Source: Elusimicrobiota bacterium
GTDB taxonomy: Bacteria > Elusimicrobiota > Elusimicrobia > F11
Reading direction: 5' to 3'
Assembly (NCBI GenBank): GCA_046153645.1
Contig: JBJXGI010000100.1
Coordinates: 1 to 15,802, forward strand
Length of the DNA: 15,802 nt
Shown: in pieces, positions 7,539-15,787 of the stretch
Position numbering within the stretch: position 1 is the first letter of the stretch
How the letters are laid out: each line of letters opens with the position of its first letter
Made by a program: the position numbers and the translations under genes
Notes under the pieces: generated by a model
Database searches by the model: none
Told to the model about the DNA's origin: nothing
Seen by the model: the letters and a program-made list of their open reading frames with translations, nothing else

Positions 7539-7568
7539 AAAAAAGCCCCTTAAAGACCTTAAGGGGCT
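7539..7568 (-). terminator. Rho-independent terminator of the cold-shock gene
   Basis: Perfect stem agccccttaa (7544-7553) / ttaaggggct (7559-7568), 5-nt loop. A-run at 7539-7544 is the U-tract on the minus strand, ~22 nt after the csp stop. Confidence 0.85.
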
Positions 7569-7590
7569 AGAAAAGCAAAAGAACTTCTGG

Positions 7591-7794
7591 TTATTTAGCT
7601 TTTGTTACATTGGCCGCTTTCGGACCTTTATCCGAATCAACGACCTCGAAATCTACCGGGTCACCTTCAGCAAGGGATTTAAATCCGTCGCCAGTAACCG
7701 AGGAGTAATGGACAAAAACATCGCCCGCACCATCATCTCTTGTTATGAAACCGTAACCTTTTTGATTATTGAACCATTTAACTTTTCCAAGCAA
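7591..7794 (-). CDS. csp: Cold-shock protein (CspA family), TTG start
   Basis: GKVKWFN, RNP1 KGYGFI, RNP2 [19 protein letters not shown]; 67 aa. AAGGTAGGT SD-like sequence 7 nt before TTG. Confidence 0.97.
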   Translation of the reverse strand: MLGKVKWFNNQKGYGFITRDDGAGDVFVHYSSVTGDGFKSLAEGDPVDFEVVDSDKGPKAANVTKAK

Positions 7795-7821
7795 GACACG
7801 TACCTACCTTTGTGAATAATT

Positions 7822-7860
7822 TCAGAGCTGCATTAACACTTCGACAGTAAACAACTCTGA
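7822..7860 (-). promoter_or_regulatory. Stem-loop in probable csp 5' UTR
   Basis: UCAGAGUUG (7860-7852) pairs with CAGCUCUGA (7830-7822), 9 bp with one G:U, plus an inner UACU/AGUG pairing. Confidence 0.5.
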
Positions 7861-7903
7861 GACTAAATATGGTTCAAACAGATTGATTTTTCCAGGGGAA
7901 ATT

Positions 7904-8215
7904 TCAATCTCTTTTAAGGGCTCCCTCGTTTAATAGCAACTGAAGCTTCTTCTTAATGCCTCCAGTGGCAGAGTATCCCCCCATTTTTCCGTCGGTACGT
8001 ATGACACGGTGGCAAGGGATAGTCGGAGCAAAAGGATTTTTAGCTAGGGCCGAACCAACAGCGCGAACGGCATGGGGATGATTAATTTTTTTTGCGAGTT
8101 CTGTATAGGTTAAAACTTGACCCTTAGGAATCTGGTAACAAGCCTCCCATACTTTCTGTTGAAAAGGAGTGTAACGGGCAAGATCATTTTTTATATTTGA
8201 AGGTAATTTCTTCAT
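7904..8215 (-). CDS. ogt: Methylated-DNA--protein-cysteine methyltransferase (MGMT/Ogt family), single C-terminal domain
   Basis: TPFQQKVW..IPKGQVLTYTELA, RAVGSAL..NP, active-site IPCHRVI, GGYS..GIKKK..LL.NEG. Likely start ATG 8215; the ORF track extends to 8260. Confidence 0.92.
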   Translation of the reverse strand: MKKLPSNIKNDLARYTPFQQKVWEACYQIPKGQVLTYTELAKKINHPHAVRAVGSALAKNPFAPTIPCHRVIRTDGKMGGYSATGGIKKKLQLLLNEGALKRD

Positions 8216-8230
8216 ATTAAAACAGTCAAT

Positions 8231-8239
8231 ATCATAGCA
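8231..8239 (-). promoter_or_regulatory. Possible extended -10 promoter (TGcTATGAT) for ogt
   Basis: TGCTATGAT 15 nt upstream of ATG 8215; no well-spaced -35. Confidence 0.3.
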
Positions 8240-8256
8240 CAAGAAATCAAAGCAAA

Positions 8257-9585
8257 TCACTCTAAATTTTCTTTAAAAAATAATTTCGATCTTCGCGCCC
8301 GGTGAAAAGTAATCGCAAACCGGTGTGCCTCATCGCGAACCTGCCTTAATAATAAAAGAGCGGGAGAATCTAACTTAAGCTGAATGGATTCTTTTGTATG
8401 AGGTCTAAAAATTTCTTCATTTTCTTTGGCTAAAGCAGCCACTTCTAAAGATTTGATGTCTAAACCTTCAATAGCCGCCAAGGCAAAAGAGAGTTGACCT
8501 TTCCCTCCATCAATAAGAACCAAATCAGGAAGAGCTTTATTTTCAGTTAACAATCTTTTATATCGACGACCAACCACTTCGGCCATTGATTTAAAATCAT
8601 CAATTCCTTTTACTGTTTTAATAATGAACTTTCGATATTGAGATTTATCTGGTTTCCCATTTAAAAAACTAACCATAGATGCCACTTTTTCAGCTCCTTG
8701 TATATGAGAGATATCAAAACATTCTATTCTCAGGGGAGGGCTTTTCAAAGTGAGCGCCTTCATCAATTCTTGAATTGCTCGACTGGCACCGACTTTTTCA
8801 CCTAACATTTCGGGAGTCATTTCACGAATTGTGACAAATTGATTCATGCGCTCAATGGTGTTGATACGGTCTCGTAACTCAGCTGCTTTTTCGTACTCCA
8901 TTTTAGAAGAAGCTTCCGACATTTCCGAAGACCACTCAGCGAGCAATTTTTCTTTTTTTCCCTGAAAGAACCATTTCGCCTGAGCAACGATTTTCTGATA
9001 ATTGCTCTTTGTTATCTTAGCCAGACAAGGGGCAGAACATTCTTGAGTATGCAAATAAAGACAAGTTTTCACTTTTTTATAGGGAAGGGGACTTCCTTCA
9101 TTAATTTCAAATTTACAGGGGCGAAGCGGAAACAGTTTTTTTCTCCAAGCCCACTTCAAAAGATGGCGAACGCTAGAAACATTTGGATAAGGTCCAAAAT
9201 AAAGAGAACCATCACGTTTCTTTTTCCTTGTTAAAAGAAGGCGAGGAAAATCTTCTTTTAGTGTGATCATAACATAGGGGTAAGACTTGTCGTCTTTCCA
9301 CATCGCATTATAAATGGGTTTATAATCTGAGATGAGTTTTCGTTCTAATACAAGTGCTTCTCTCTCACTGGCGGTGGGAACATAATCGATATGTCGAATT
9401 TGTGCCACTAAAGTTTCAATTTTAGAACCGTAGGAATCAACTGCTGTTCGTTGACGAAAATAAGAAGAAACCCTCTTTTTCAGATCAATGGCTTTTCCAA
9501 TATAAATAATCTGACTGGTGATATCCCGCATTAAATAAACTCCGGGACAATGAGGAAGTTTTGAGTAAAAATCTTTTGGGTTCAC
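8257..9585 (-). CDS. uvrC: Excinuclease ABC subunit C, compact form lacking the C-terminal HhH domain
   Basis: GIY-YIG (PGVYLM..IIYIGKAIDLKKRVSSYF, EALVLE, PIYN..DDKSYPY), YFGPY, 4-Cys region, UVR (EYEKAAELRD), RNase H-like (RIECFDISH, PDLVLIDGGKGQ, RDEAHRFAITFHR). Probable GTG start 9585, 10 nt after the murJ stop; the ORF track starts at 9636. Confidence 0.93.
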   Translation of the reverse strand: MNPKDFYSKLPHCPGVYLMRDITSQIIYIGKAIDLKKRVSSYFRQRTAVDSYGSKIETLVAQIRHIDYVPTASEREALVLERKLISDYKPIYNAMWKDDKSYPYVMITLKEDFPRLLLTRKKKRDGSLYFGPYPNVSSVRHLLKWAWRKKLFPLRPCKFEINEGSPLPYKKVKTCLYLHTQECSAPCLAKITKSNYQKIVAQAKWFFQGKKEKLLAEWSSEMSEASSKMEYEKAAELRDRINTIERMNQFVTIREMTPEMLGEKVGASRAIQELMKALTLKSPPLRIECFDISHIQGAEKVASMVSFLNGKPDKSQYRKFIIKTVKGIDDFKSMAEVVGRRYKRLLTENKALPDLVLIDGGKGQLSFALAAIEGLDIKSLEVAALAKENEEIFRPHTKESIQLKLDSPALLLLRQVRDEAHRFAITFHRARRSKLFFKENLE

Positions 9586-9595
9586 GAGATAAATT

Positions 9596-11176
9596 TTAAG
9601 TTTTTTTACGCAGAAAAAGATCCAAAAAGAAATCAAGTTCTTTTACTTTCAATAGTTTTGCAATCAAGAAATAAAAAAAAGATCCCGCAGCGATGGAGGT
9701 AAAAACTCTCAAAACCAAACTCCAATGAAGAAGAAGATGAAAACATAAACCATAACAAATGACTGCCATACAAAGCCCCGCAAAAATGCCAAAAAAGAAA
9801 CTCTTTGATATGGCTTTCCCATCAATCCTGCCCATTTTATTGCGCAGAATAAAAAAGAGCAAAATAACTTGAACCCAAGCGGCGACAGCAGTTGCCAAAG
9901 CAAGCCCTGAGACCTGTAATTTATGCATTAATAAAACATTGAGAACAACATTTATCAGCATCGAAATAAAAGCGATCTTTACGGGCGTTTTCGTATCTTT
10001 TCGGGAATAAAATGAAGTCGCCAATATTTTAGCCATTGAAAAAGCCGGAAGACCCAACACATAGGGGGCCAATGCCCGGTAAGTCATAACAGAATTTTCA
10101 AATGTAAATTTTCCCCGTTCGAACAACAATTGAGTAATAGGAAAACCAATAACAATCAAACCAATGACCGAAGGAATCAAGATAAAATTGGCGATACGAA
10201 TAGAAAAAGATAACAAACGCTTAAACTCAGTCCAATTTTCTTGGGTAGCGGCTTTTGAAAGTGCTGGAAGAGAAACACTCGATACCGCAACCCCGAAAAT
10301 AGCCAAAGGCAATTGCATAATTCGATTTGAATTATAAAGCGCTGAAATGGAACCATCACCCAAAAAACTGGCACAAAATTGATCAACAAAGGAATTAATT
10401 TGATCTGCGCCAAGACCAATGATGGTAGGCACCATTAAAAGAAAAACAGATTTTACTTCCGAATGTTTAAATGGTTGGACCAGTTTAAGATGGTACCCCT
10501 GTTTATATAAGCCTGGAATAAGCCATAAAAAATGGATTCCCCCACCGACCACCGCCGCTACAGCTAAACCATGAATAGGATTTTCAAATTGAGATGCCAT
10601 TAAAGAAATAAAGGCAATCTCAGCAATGGATAAACCTGAAGGAGCCATGGCCGGAATAAAAAATTGTCCCGAAGAATTGAGAACGGCCGAAATAATGGCG
10701 GCCAATGAGATAAACAGTAAAAAGGGCCAAATAAGGCGTGTTAAATTTACCGCCAAATCAAACTTAGCGGGGTCGCGAGTAAATCCAAAGGCCACAAATT
10801 TTGTTATCGGTTCAGCGAAAATAATACCGATGATAACAATCAACGACAATAAAATGGCCTGCCCCATCAGTAATGAATTAAAAAAAGAATTCGCTTCTTC
10901 TTTCCCTTTTTTATGGAGAATTCCAGAAAAAACCGGAACAAAGGCAGCCGTTAATGCCCCTTCTCCGAGAAAACGCCTTAAAAGGTTGGGGATTTTAAAC
11001 GCCGCGTAAAATGCGTCTGTTTGGATACCTCCACCAAAATAAGCAGCCACCATTGAATCTCGGAAGTAACCAAGAACGCGAGAAATCATGGTCGCCGATG
11101 AAAACGCGCTCACACGCCGTCCAAACTGCTTTTCTTCACGTCGAGTTGAATTTATGTTTGTATCTTCATTTTCCAT
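9596..11176 (-). CDS. murJ: Lipid II flippase MurJ (MviN)
   Basis: SRVLGYFRD, DAFYAAFKIPNLLRRFLGEGAL..AFVP, YNSNRIMQLPLAIFG, FERGKF, FYSRKDTKTP, GLALAT; 526 aa polytopic. Confidence 0.97.
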   Translation of the reverse strand: MENEDTNINSTRREEKQFGRRVSAFSSATMISRVLGYFRDSMVAAYFGGGIQTDAFYAAFKIPNLLRRFLGEGALTAAFVPVFSGILHKKGKEEANSFFNSLLMGQAILLSLIVIIGIIFAEPITKFVAFGFTRDPAKFDLAVNLTRLIWPFLLFISLAAIISAVLNSSGQFFIPAMAPSGLSIAEIAFISLMASQFENPIHGLAVAAVVGGGIHFLWLIPGLYKQGYHLKLVQPFKHSEVKSVFLLMVPTIIGLGADQINSFVDQFCASFLGDGSISALYNSNRIMQLPLAIFGVAVSSVSLPALSKAATQENWTEFKRLLSFSIRIANFILIPSVIGLIVIGFPITQLLFERGKFTFENSVMTYRALAPYVLGLPAFSMAKILATSFYSRKDTKTPVKIAFISMLINVVLNVLLMHKLQVSGLALATAVAAWVQVILLFFILRNKMGRIDGKAISKSFFFGIFAGLCMAVICYGLCFHLLLHWSLVLRVFTSIAAGSFFYFLIAKLLKVKELDFFLDLFLRKKT

Positions 11177-11180
11177 ATGG

Positions 11181-11209
11181 TTGACGAGTCCTCTTATGAT
11201 TGCTACGAT
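11181..11209 (+). promoter_or_regulatory. Sigma70-type promoter for rpsT
   Basis: TTGACG (11181-11186), 17 nt, TACGAT (11204-11209) with TG extension. SD AAGGAG at 11225-11230 before ATG 11240. Confidence 0.75.
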
Positions 11210-11239
11210 CCTCTAATAATTTTAAAGGAGTTTTAAATC

Positions 11240-11524
11240 ATGGCTCAAAAGAAAATCATGCGCCACGCATCAGGCTTAAAAGCGCATCGCAAATCAGAAG
11301 CATTAAGAAAATTAAACTTTGCCGTTCGTAGCAAAGTGAGAACCTTAACTCAAAAAGTTGTTAAAGACATTGCCGCCAAAAATGTTCAAGCTGCGAAAGC
11401 CAGCTTCAAAGTGGCCCAATCCGCCTGGCAACGCGCCGCTCAAAAAGGAATCTTCTCCAAAAACGCTGCTTCTCGAAAAATTGGAGTTCTTTCGGCTCGA
11501 GTTTCAGCGCTCTCTAAAAACTAA
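11240..11524 (+). CDS. rpsT: 30S ribosomal protein S20
   Basis: Basic 94-aa protein, HASGLKAHRKSE..N..VRSKVRT..K, AAQKGIFSKNAASRK; strong SD; located between holA and murJ. Confidence 0.93.
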   Translation: MAQKKIMRHASGLKAHRKSEALRKLNFAVRSKVRTLTQKVVKDIAAKNVQAAKASFKVAQSAWQRAAQKGIFSKNAASRKIGVLSARVSALSKN

Positions 11525-12555
11525 CCGATTGCCCTCGTTAACAGCACAGGGTGTTTAAGCAAGTTTAAAATCAATAAAGAAACCACGACCGAACTGGGGA
11601 TTGTCCCCGTTTTTAGGTCGTGGTCTGCTTGTGTAATTTTTTCTAACGATTGATATAACTCATCAGATGAATACTGCTTTACCCCTTTGATAAATAAGGC
11701 TTCTTGGATTTTTCCACGGATTCCTAAAATAGGAAGCACTTCCATTAAGCCCATTTTTTTTTCATTCATATAAATCGAAGCCAAAATAAGCGTTTTAAAA
11801 ACTCTCTCAAAAAGAGGAAAAATCATTTCGGGACGAGTCCCCCCTTCTGCCATCAACTTCGATTGATTTAGAGCTTCTACCCAATTTCTTTCCCAAAGTG
11901 CCACTTCTAAGGTTTTATAGTCCCCAGCCTCGTTTGGCAATCCAAATGCTTCGATATCAGTTAAATCAATAAGGTTTTTCTTACCAACGAATAAACATAG
12001 TTTTTCAATTTCATCAGAAATTTGTTGTAAATCTTCACAAGCTTCGGCCAAACGATAGGCTGCTTGAGAGGCAATGGTTTTCCCTTTCGCTTTTACTTCA
12101 GAAGTGACCCAAAAGGGAAGTTGGTTGGCAAAAGGTGTCCAAAAAGTAACCAGATGTCCATGAGAAAGGCTTTCAGCAACAATTTCTTCTCTTAAATTGG
12201 CTTTCCCAGAATAAACCAAAATTAAACAAGTTGATGCTGGTAAACCCTCAAAATTTTCGGCCAATAACCTTCGATCGCCAGCAGAAAATTCATTTACGGA
12301 TTGAACGATAATTAAACGTTTTTCTCCCATCCAAGGAAGGCTTTGTGCCGAAGAGATCACCTGACCTGCTTCATTTTGAGTTCCATCAAATCGTTCCAAA
12401 TTAAAATCACGACTCTCAGCAGGAACCAACTTGTCAATTAAACGATCAATGGCACGATTTTTTAACCAAGCTTCAGGACCATCAAATAAATAAACAGGCG
12501 CTAACTTTCCTGATTTAAGCTGAGATTCAAATTCTTCTGGCTTAATTTGAGGCAC
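11521..12555 (-). CDS. holA: DNA polymerase III subunit delta
   Basis: LAPVYLFDGPE, FNLERFDG, SLPWMGEKRLIIV, EIEKLCLF, ADHDLKTG; 344 aa, GTG start; leuS-lptE-holA synteny. Confidence 0.92.
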   Translation of the reverse strand: MPQIKPEEFESQLKSGKLAPVYLFDGPEAWLKNRAIDRLIDKLVPAESRDFNLERFDGTQNEAGQVISSAQSLPWMGEKRLIIVQSVNEFSAGDRRLLAENFEGLPASTCLILVYSGKANLREEIVAESLSHGHLVTFWTPFANQLPFWVTSEVKAKGKTIASQAAYRLAEACEDLQQISDEIEKLCLFVGKKNLIDLTDIEAFGLPNEAGDYKTLEVALWERNWVEALNQSKLMAEGGTRPEMIFPLFERVFKTLILASIYMNEKKMGLMEVLPILGIRGKIQEALFIKGVKQYSSDELYQSLEKITQADHDLKTGTIPSSVVVSLLILNLLKHPVLLTRAIG

Positions 12556-12557
12556 AA

Positions 12558-13271
12558 TTAATAAGGCGCGGGCTTTTTATAATCTGGCGGAGGAACATCG
12601 GGAAGAGGCTCTTTTGGAATAGAACGGGGTGAAACACCCGTAACAGAACCAAAACCTTCAATGGTTCGCCTGACAATATCACGAGAAAAACGCTCCCATA
12701 AATCTTCACGGGCTTCTTCAACTGTTTTCCCGCCAGGAGCGGTTTCAGCGAAGTATCGCAACTTTTGTTCAATTAACGGTTCTTCCCAAATATACTGATT
12801 ATTTTTGATGTCTAAAAATTTCAGGTCCATAACAACCCAAAGCTGATATTCAAGCGGAACCAAATTCACATCATGACTCAATTCACTTTCACGGTACTGC
12901 GTAATGACCCCAACAATGACAGCATCAGCCTTAGATTCATCATCTACATAACGAATTCGCCCATCGCGAATAAACTCTTCTGTTGTGGCAAGCCACAGCT
13001 TATTTCCGATAACAGATTGAGACGTTTGATTTTCAAAAGGACGCACTGATAAAGTTTTTACATTACCTGGAATAATAATATTCGGAGCTTGATAATCGAC
13101 ATTGTTTCTTAAATCACCACAACCGACAAGAAGAAAGGCGAAAACAAAGGCTATCATCCCCAAAATTTTCAACCTACATGACAGCTGGCTGGCGCGTCGG
13201 GGATCTAATCTAAAAGACATGAGATTCCCAATAACGACATTTGGGAATGACGGCATATTAATTTTTAACAT
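12558..13271 (-). CDS. lptE: LptE/RlpB-family LPS-assembly lipoprotein
   Basis: Lipobox LLVG|C (Cys codon 13119-13121), IPGNVKTLSVRPFENQT, ADAVIVGVI; position between leuS and holA. AGAGG SD 8 nt before ATG 13271. Confidence 0.8.
   Translation of the reverse strand: MLKINMPSFPNVVIGNLMSFRLDPRRASQLSCRLKILGMIAFVFAFLLVGCGDLRNNVDYQAPNIIIPGNVKTLSVRPFENQTSQSVIGNKLWLATTEEFIRDGRIRYVDDESKADAVIVGVITQYRESELSHDVNLVPLEYQLWVVMDLKFLDIKNNQYIWEEPLIEQKLRYFAETAPGGKTVEEAREDLWERFSRDIVRRTIEGFGSVTGVSPRSIPKEPLPDVPPPDYKKPAPY
13198..13251. repeat. REP/RS3/RPE-like palindromic element remnant inside the lptE 5' end
   Basis: Minus strand GTC-ATTCCCAA-N9-TTGGGAAT-CT...AGATCCCCG. Perfect 8-bp stem at 13224-13231/13241-13248, plus a second inverted arm (13199-13206 vs 13222-13229, 7/8). 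Confidence 0.7.
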
Positions 13272-13303
13272 TTTATTTTCCTCTGTTGTCGCCCTGGCTT
13301 GGT

Positions 13304-15787
13304 TTACCCCACAAAATTTATCAATTTATTAGGAACAAAAATAACTCTTTGTGGATTAATTTGCATACCGCGTTTAACTAAAGACGCCAAAGCTTCTTCC
13401 TTAACCTTTTCTTCAGGTAAATTGGCTGCCAGTGTCAATTTATCACGTAATTTACCATTTACTTGAATAATCATTTCCACTTGTTTTGCAGATAGTTTTT
13501 TAGGGTCTGGAATCGGCCAAGGAGATTCAACCAGTGATAGGCGGTGCCCCATTTTCTCCCACATTTCCTCACAACAGTGCGGCGCAAAAGGTTCTAACAA
13601 TCCAATGGCTGTTTCAACCGCCTCTTTTGTACACCTATCACCTAAATCAGGATAAAGATAGATTGCATTAACAAGCTCCATTAATCGGGAAATAACGGTG
13701 TTAAAACCAAAATCTTGTTCAATATCTTGTGTTACTTTTTCAATGGTGACATGAACTTGATGCTCTAATTGCTCTTGAGAAATAAACTGAACACCATCCC
13801 CCTGATTTCGTTTAATTTTATCTTCATCATTTCCGGAAAATACCATGGCCAAACGCCACAAACGATTTAAAAAACGCCAGATCCCTTCGATTTGTTTATC
13901 TGACCACTCTAATTGTTGAGTTGGTGGCGCAGCAAACAAGATAAACAATCGACAAGTATCGGCTCCGTACTTGGAAATCACCTCATTAGGATCTACCACG
14001 TTCCCTTTGGATTTAGACATAGCAGACCCGCCCAACGTCACCATCCCTTGCGTTAACAAAGAAGAAAAAGGCTCTTCACTGTTAACCATCCCCAAATCTT
14101 TAAACACTTTATGGAAAAACCGGGAATAAATAAGATGCATGCAGGCGTGTTCAATTCCCCCGACATATTGATGAACAGGTGTCCAAGAATTGGCATGTTC
14201 TCCTGAAAAAGGAAGCTTTTTATTAAGCGCATCGGTATATCGCAAATAATACCAAGATGAATCTACGAAAGTATCCATGGTGTCGGTTTCGCGCTTGGCA
14301 GCGCCGCCGCAACCTGGGCAAGTGGTATTTACCCAAGTTTCATCTTGAGCAAGAGGTGAGCCTCCTTCTCCTGTAAACTTAACATTATCAGGCAATTTAA
14401 CAGGTAATTCAGACTCTTTAACAGGTTTTACCCCACATGAGGGACAATAGACAACAGGAATTGGTGTCCCCCAATACCTTTGGCGAGAAAGCAACCAATC
14501 TCTTAATCGAAAGGTCGTGGTTGGCCCGCCCAAATCTTTATTTTTTAAATATTCGGCAATCTTCTTTTTAGATTCCTCTGTGGAGATTCCGTTAAATTCA
14601 CCAGAATTAACTAAAACACCATCACCTTCTGTGGCCTTAGAACCATCAAATTCTTCACTTTCACTTTTAATAACCTGGATCACTGGAATTTTGAATTTCT
14701 GAGCAAAATCGAAATCGCGCTGGTCGTGAGCAGGTACCGCCATAATTGCCCCTGTACCATAATCAGTTAAAACATAGTCAGCGATCCAAACAGGAATGGG
14801 TTTACCTGTTAAAGGATTCTCAGCATAAGCACCGGTAAATTCTCCCGTCTTTTCTCGATTTTCATTGGTCCGATCAAACTGAGAAAGTTTCTTGGCGTTA
14901 ACCCGGTAAGCATCTACAGCCTCTTTTTTGTTTTTTGAGGTAATAACAGGAACCAAAGGATGCTCAGGTGCCAGTACCATAAAAGTTGCACCAAATAAAG
15001 TATCAGGACGGGTGGTAAAAACTTTAATCAATTTTTCAGTTTTTTTATTTTTTTCATCCAAAATAGAAAAATCAACATGCGCTCCCCATGATTTTCCTAT
15101 CCAATTTTTTTGCATGGCTAAAACTTGATCCGGCCACCCTTTTTGCGCGGCCGAGGATTTTAATAAATCATGACCAGTGACCAATCGATCAGCGTAATCA
15201 GTAATTTTAAAAAACCATTGCTCTAATTCTTTTTGACGAACGACGCTATCACAACGCCAGCATTTCCCCTCATGAACCTGTTCGTTGGCTAAAACCGTCA
15301 CGCAAGAATCACACCAGTTCACAGGAGCTTTTTTTCGAAAAGCCAACCCCTTTTCCAACATTTTGATGAAAATCCATTGATTCCACCTGTAATATTCTGG
15401 GTCGCACGTGGCCACTTCTCGGTCCCAGTCATAAGAAATTCCAAGCGCTTTTAATTGACCACGCATGACAGCAATATTGTCCCACGTCCATTTTGAGGGA
15501 GCCACATTGCGTTTAATCGCGGCATTTTCTGCGGGCAAACCAAACGAATCCCACCCAATCGGATGAAGAACAGAACGTCCTTTCCGACGATGATACCGAG
15601 CAAACACATCTCCAATCGTATAATTTCTCACATGTCCCATATGGAGATTGCCCGAGGGATAAGGAAACATAACAAGAATAAAATAAGCAGGTTTATCAGA
15701 GGTAGGACTGGGGGCGGCAAAAGTTTTTTCATGATCCCATTTTTGCTGCCATTTTTTCTCTATTTCAGTAAAGTTATAACTTGCCAT
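13304..15787 (-). CDS. leuS: Leucine--tRNA ligase
   Basis: MFPYPSGNLHMGH (HIGH), GWDSFGLPAENAA, CP1 editing TTRPDT / GTGAIMAVPAHDQRD, DWLLSRQRYWGTPIP, RETDTMDTF, GGIEHA, AMSKS, QVNGKLR; 827 aa. Confidence 0.99.
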   Translation of the reverse strand: MASYNFTEIEKKWQQKWDHEKTFAAPSPTSDKPAYFILVMFPYPSGNLHMGHVRNYTIGDVFARYHRRKGRSVLHPIGWDSFGLPAENAAIKRNVAPSKWTWDNIAVMRGQLKALGISYDWDREVATCDPEYYRWNQWIFIKMLEKGLAFRKKAPVNWCDSCVTVLANEQVHEGKCWRCDSVVRQKELEQWFFKITDYADRLVTGHDLLKSSAAQKGWPDQVLAMQKNWIGKSWGAHVDFSILDEKNKKTEKLIKVFTTRPDTLFGATFMVLAPEHPLVPVITSKNKKEAVDAYRVNAKKLSQFDRTNENREKTGEFTGAYAENPLTGKPIPVWIADYVLTDYGTGAIMAVPAHDQRDFDFAQKFKIPVIQVIKSESEEFDGSKATEGDGVLVNSGEFNGISTEESKKKIAEYLKNKDLGGPTTTFRLRDWLLSRQRYWGTPIPVVYCPSCGVKPVKESELPVKLPDNVKFTGEGGSPLAQDETWVNTTCPGCGGAAKRETDTMDTFVDSSWYYLRYTDALNKKLPFSGEHANSWTPVHQYVGGIEHACMHLIYSRFFHKVFKDLGMVNSEEPFSSLLTQGMVTLGGSAMSKSKGNVVDPNEVISKYGADTCRLFILFAAPPTQQLEWSDKQIEGIWRFLNRLWRLAMVFSGNDEDKIKRNQGDGVQFISQEQLEHQVHVTIEKVTQDIEQDFGFNTVISRLMELVNAIYLYPDLGDRCTKEAVETAIGLLEPFAPHCCEEMWEKMGHRLSLVESPWPIPDPKKLSAKQVEMIIQVNGKLRDKLTLAANLPEEKVKEEALASLVKRGMQINPQRVIFVPNKLINFVG

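Noticed and set aside
8216..8260. Cys-rich N-terminal extension of Ogt (MICFDFLCYDIDC) as an Ada-like metal site or uvrC translational coupling
   Set aside because: Does not match the Ada zinc motif and looks like translated intergenic/promoter DNA. A GTGA overlap start cannot be fully excluded.
9043..15128. Short alternative ORFs overlapping uvrC, murJ, rpsT, holA, lptE and leuS (incl. 10626-11009)
   Set aside because: Shadow ORFs of well-supported genes.
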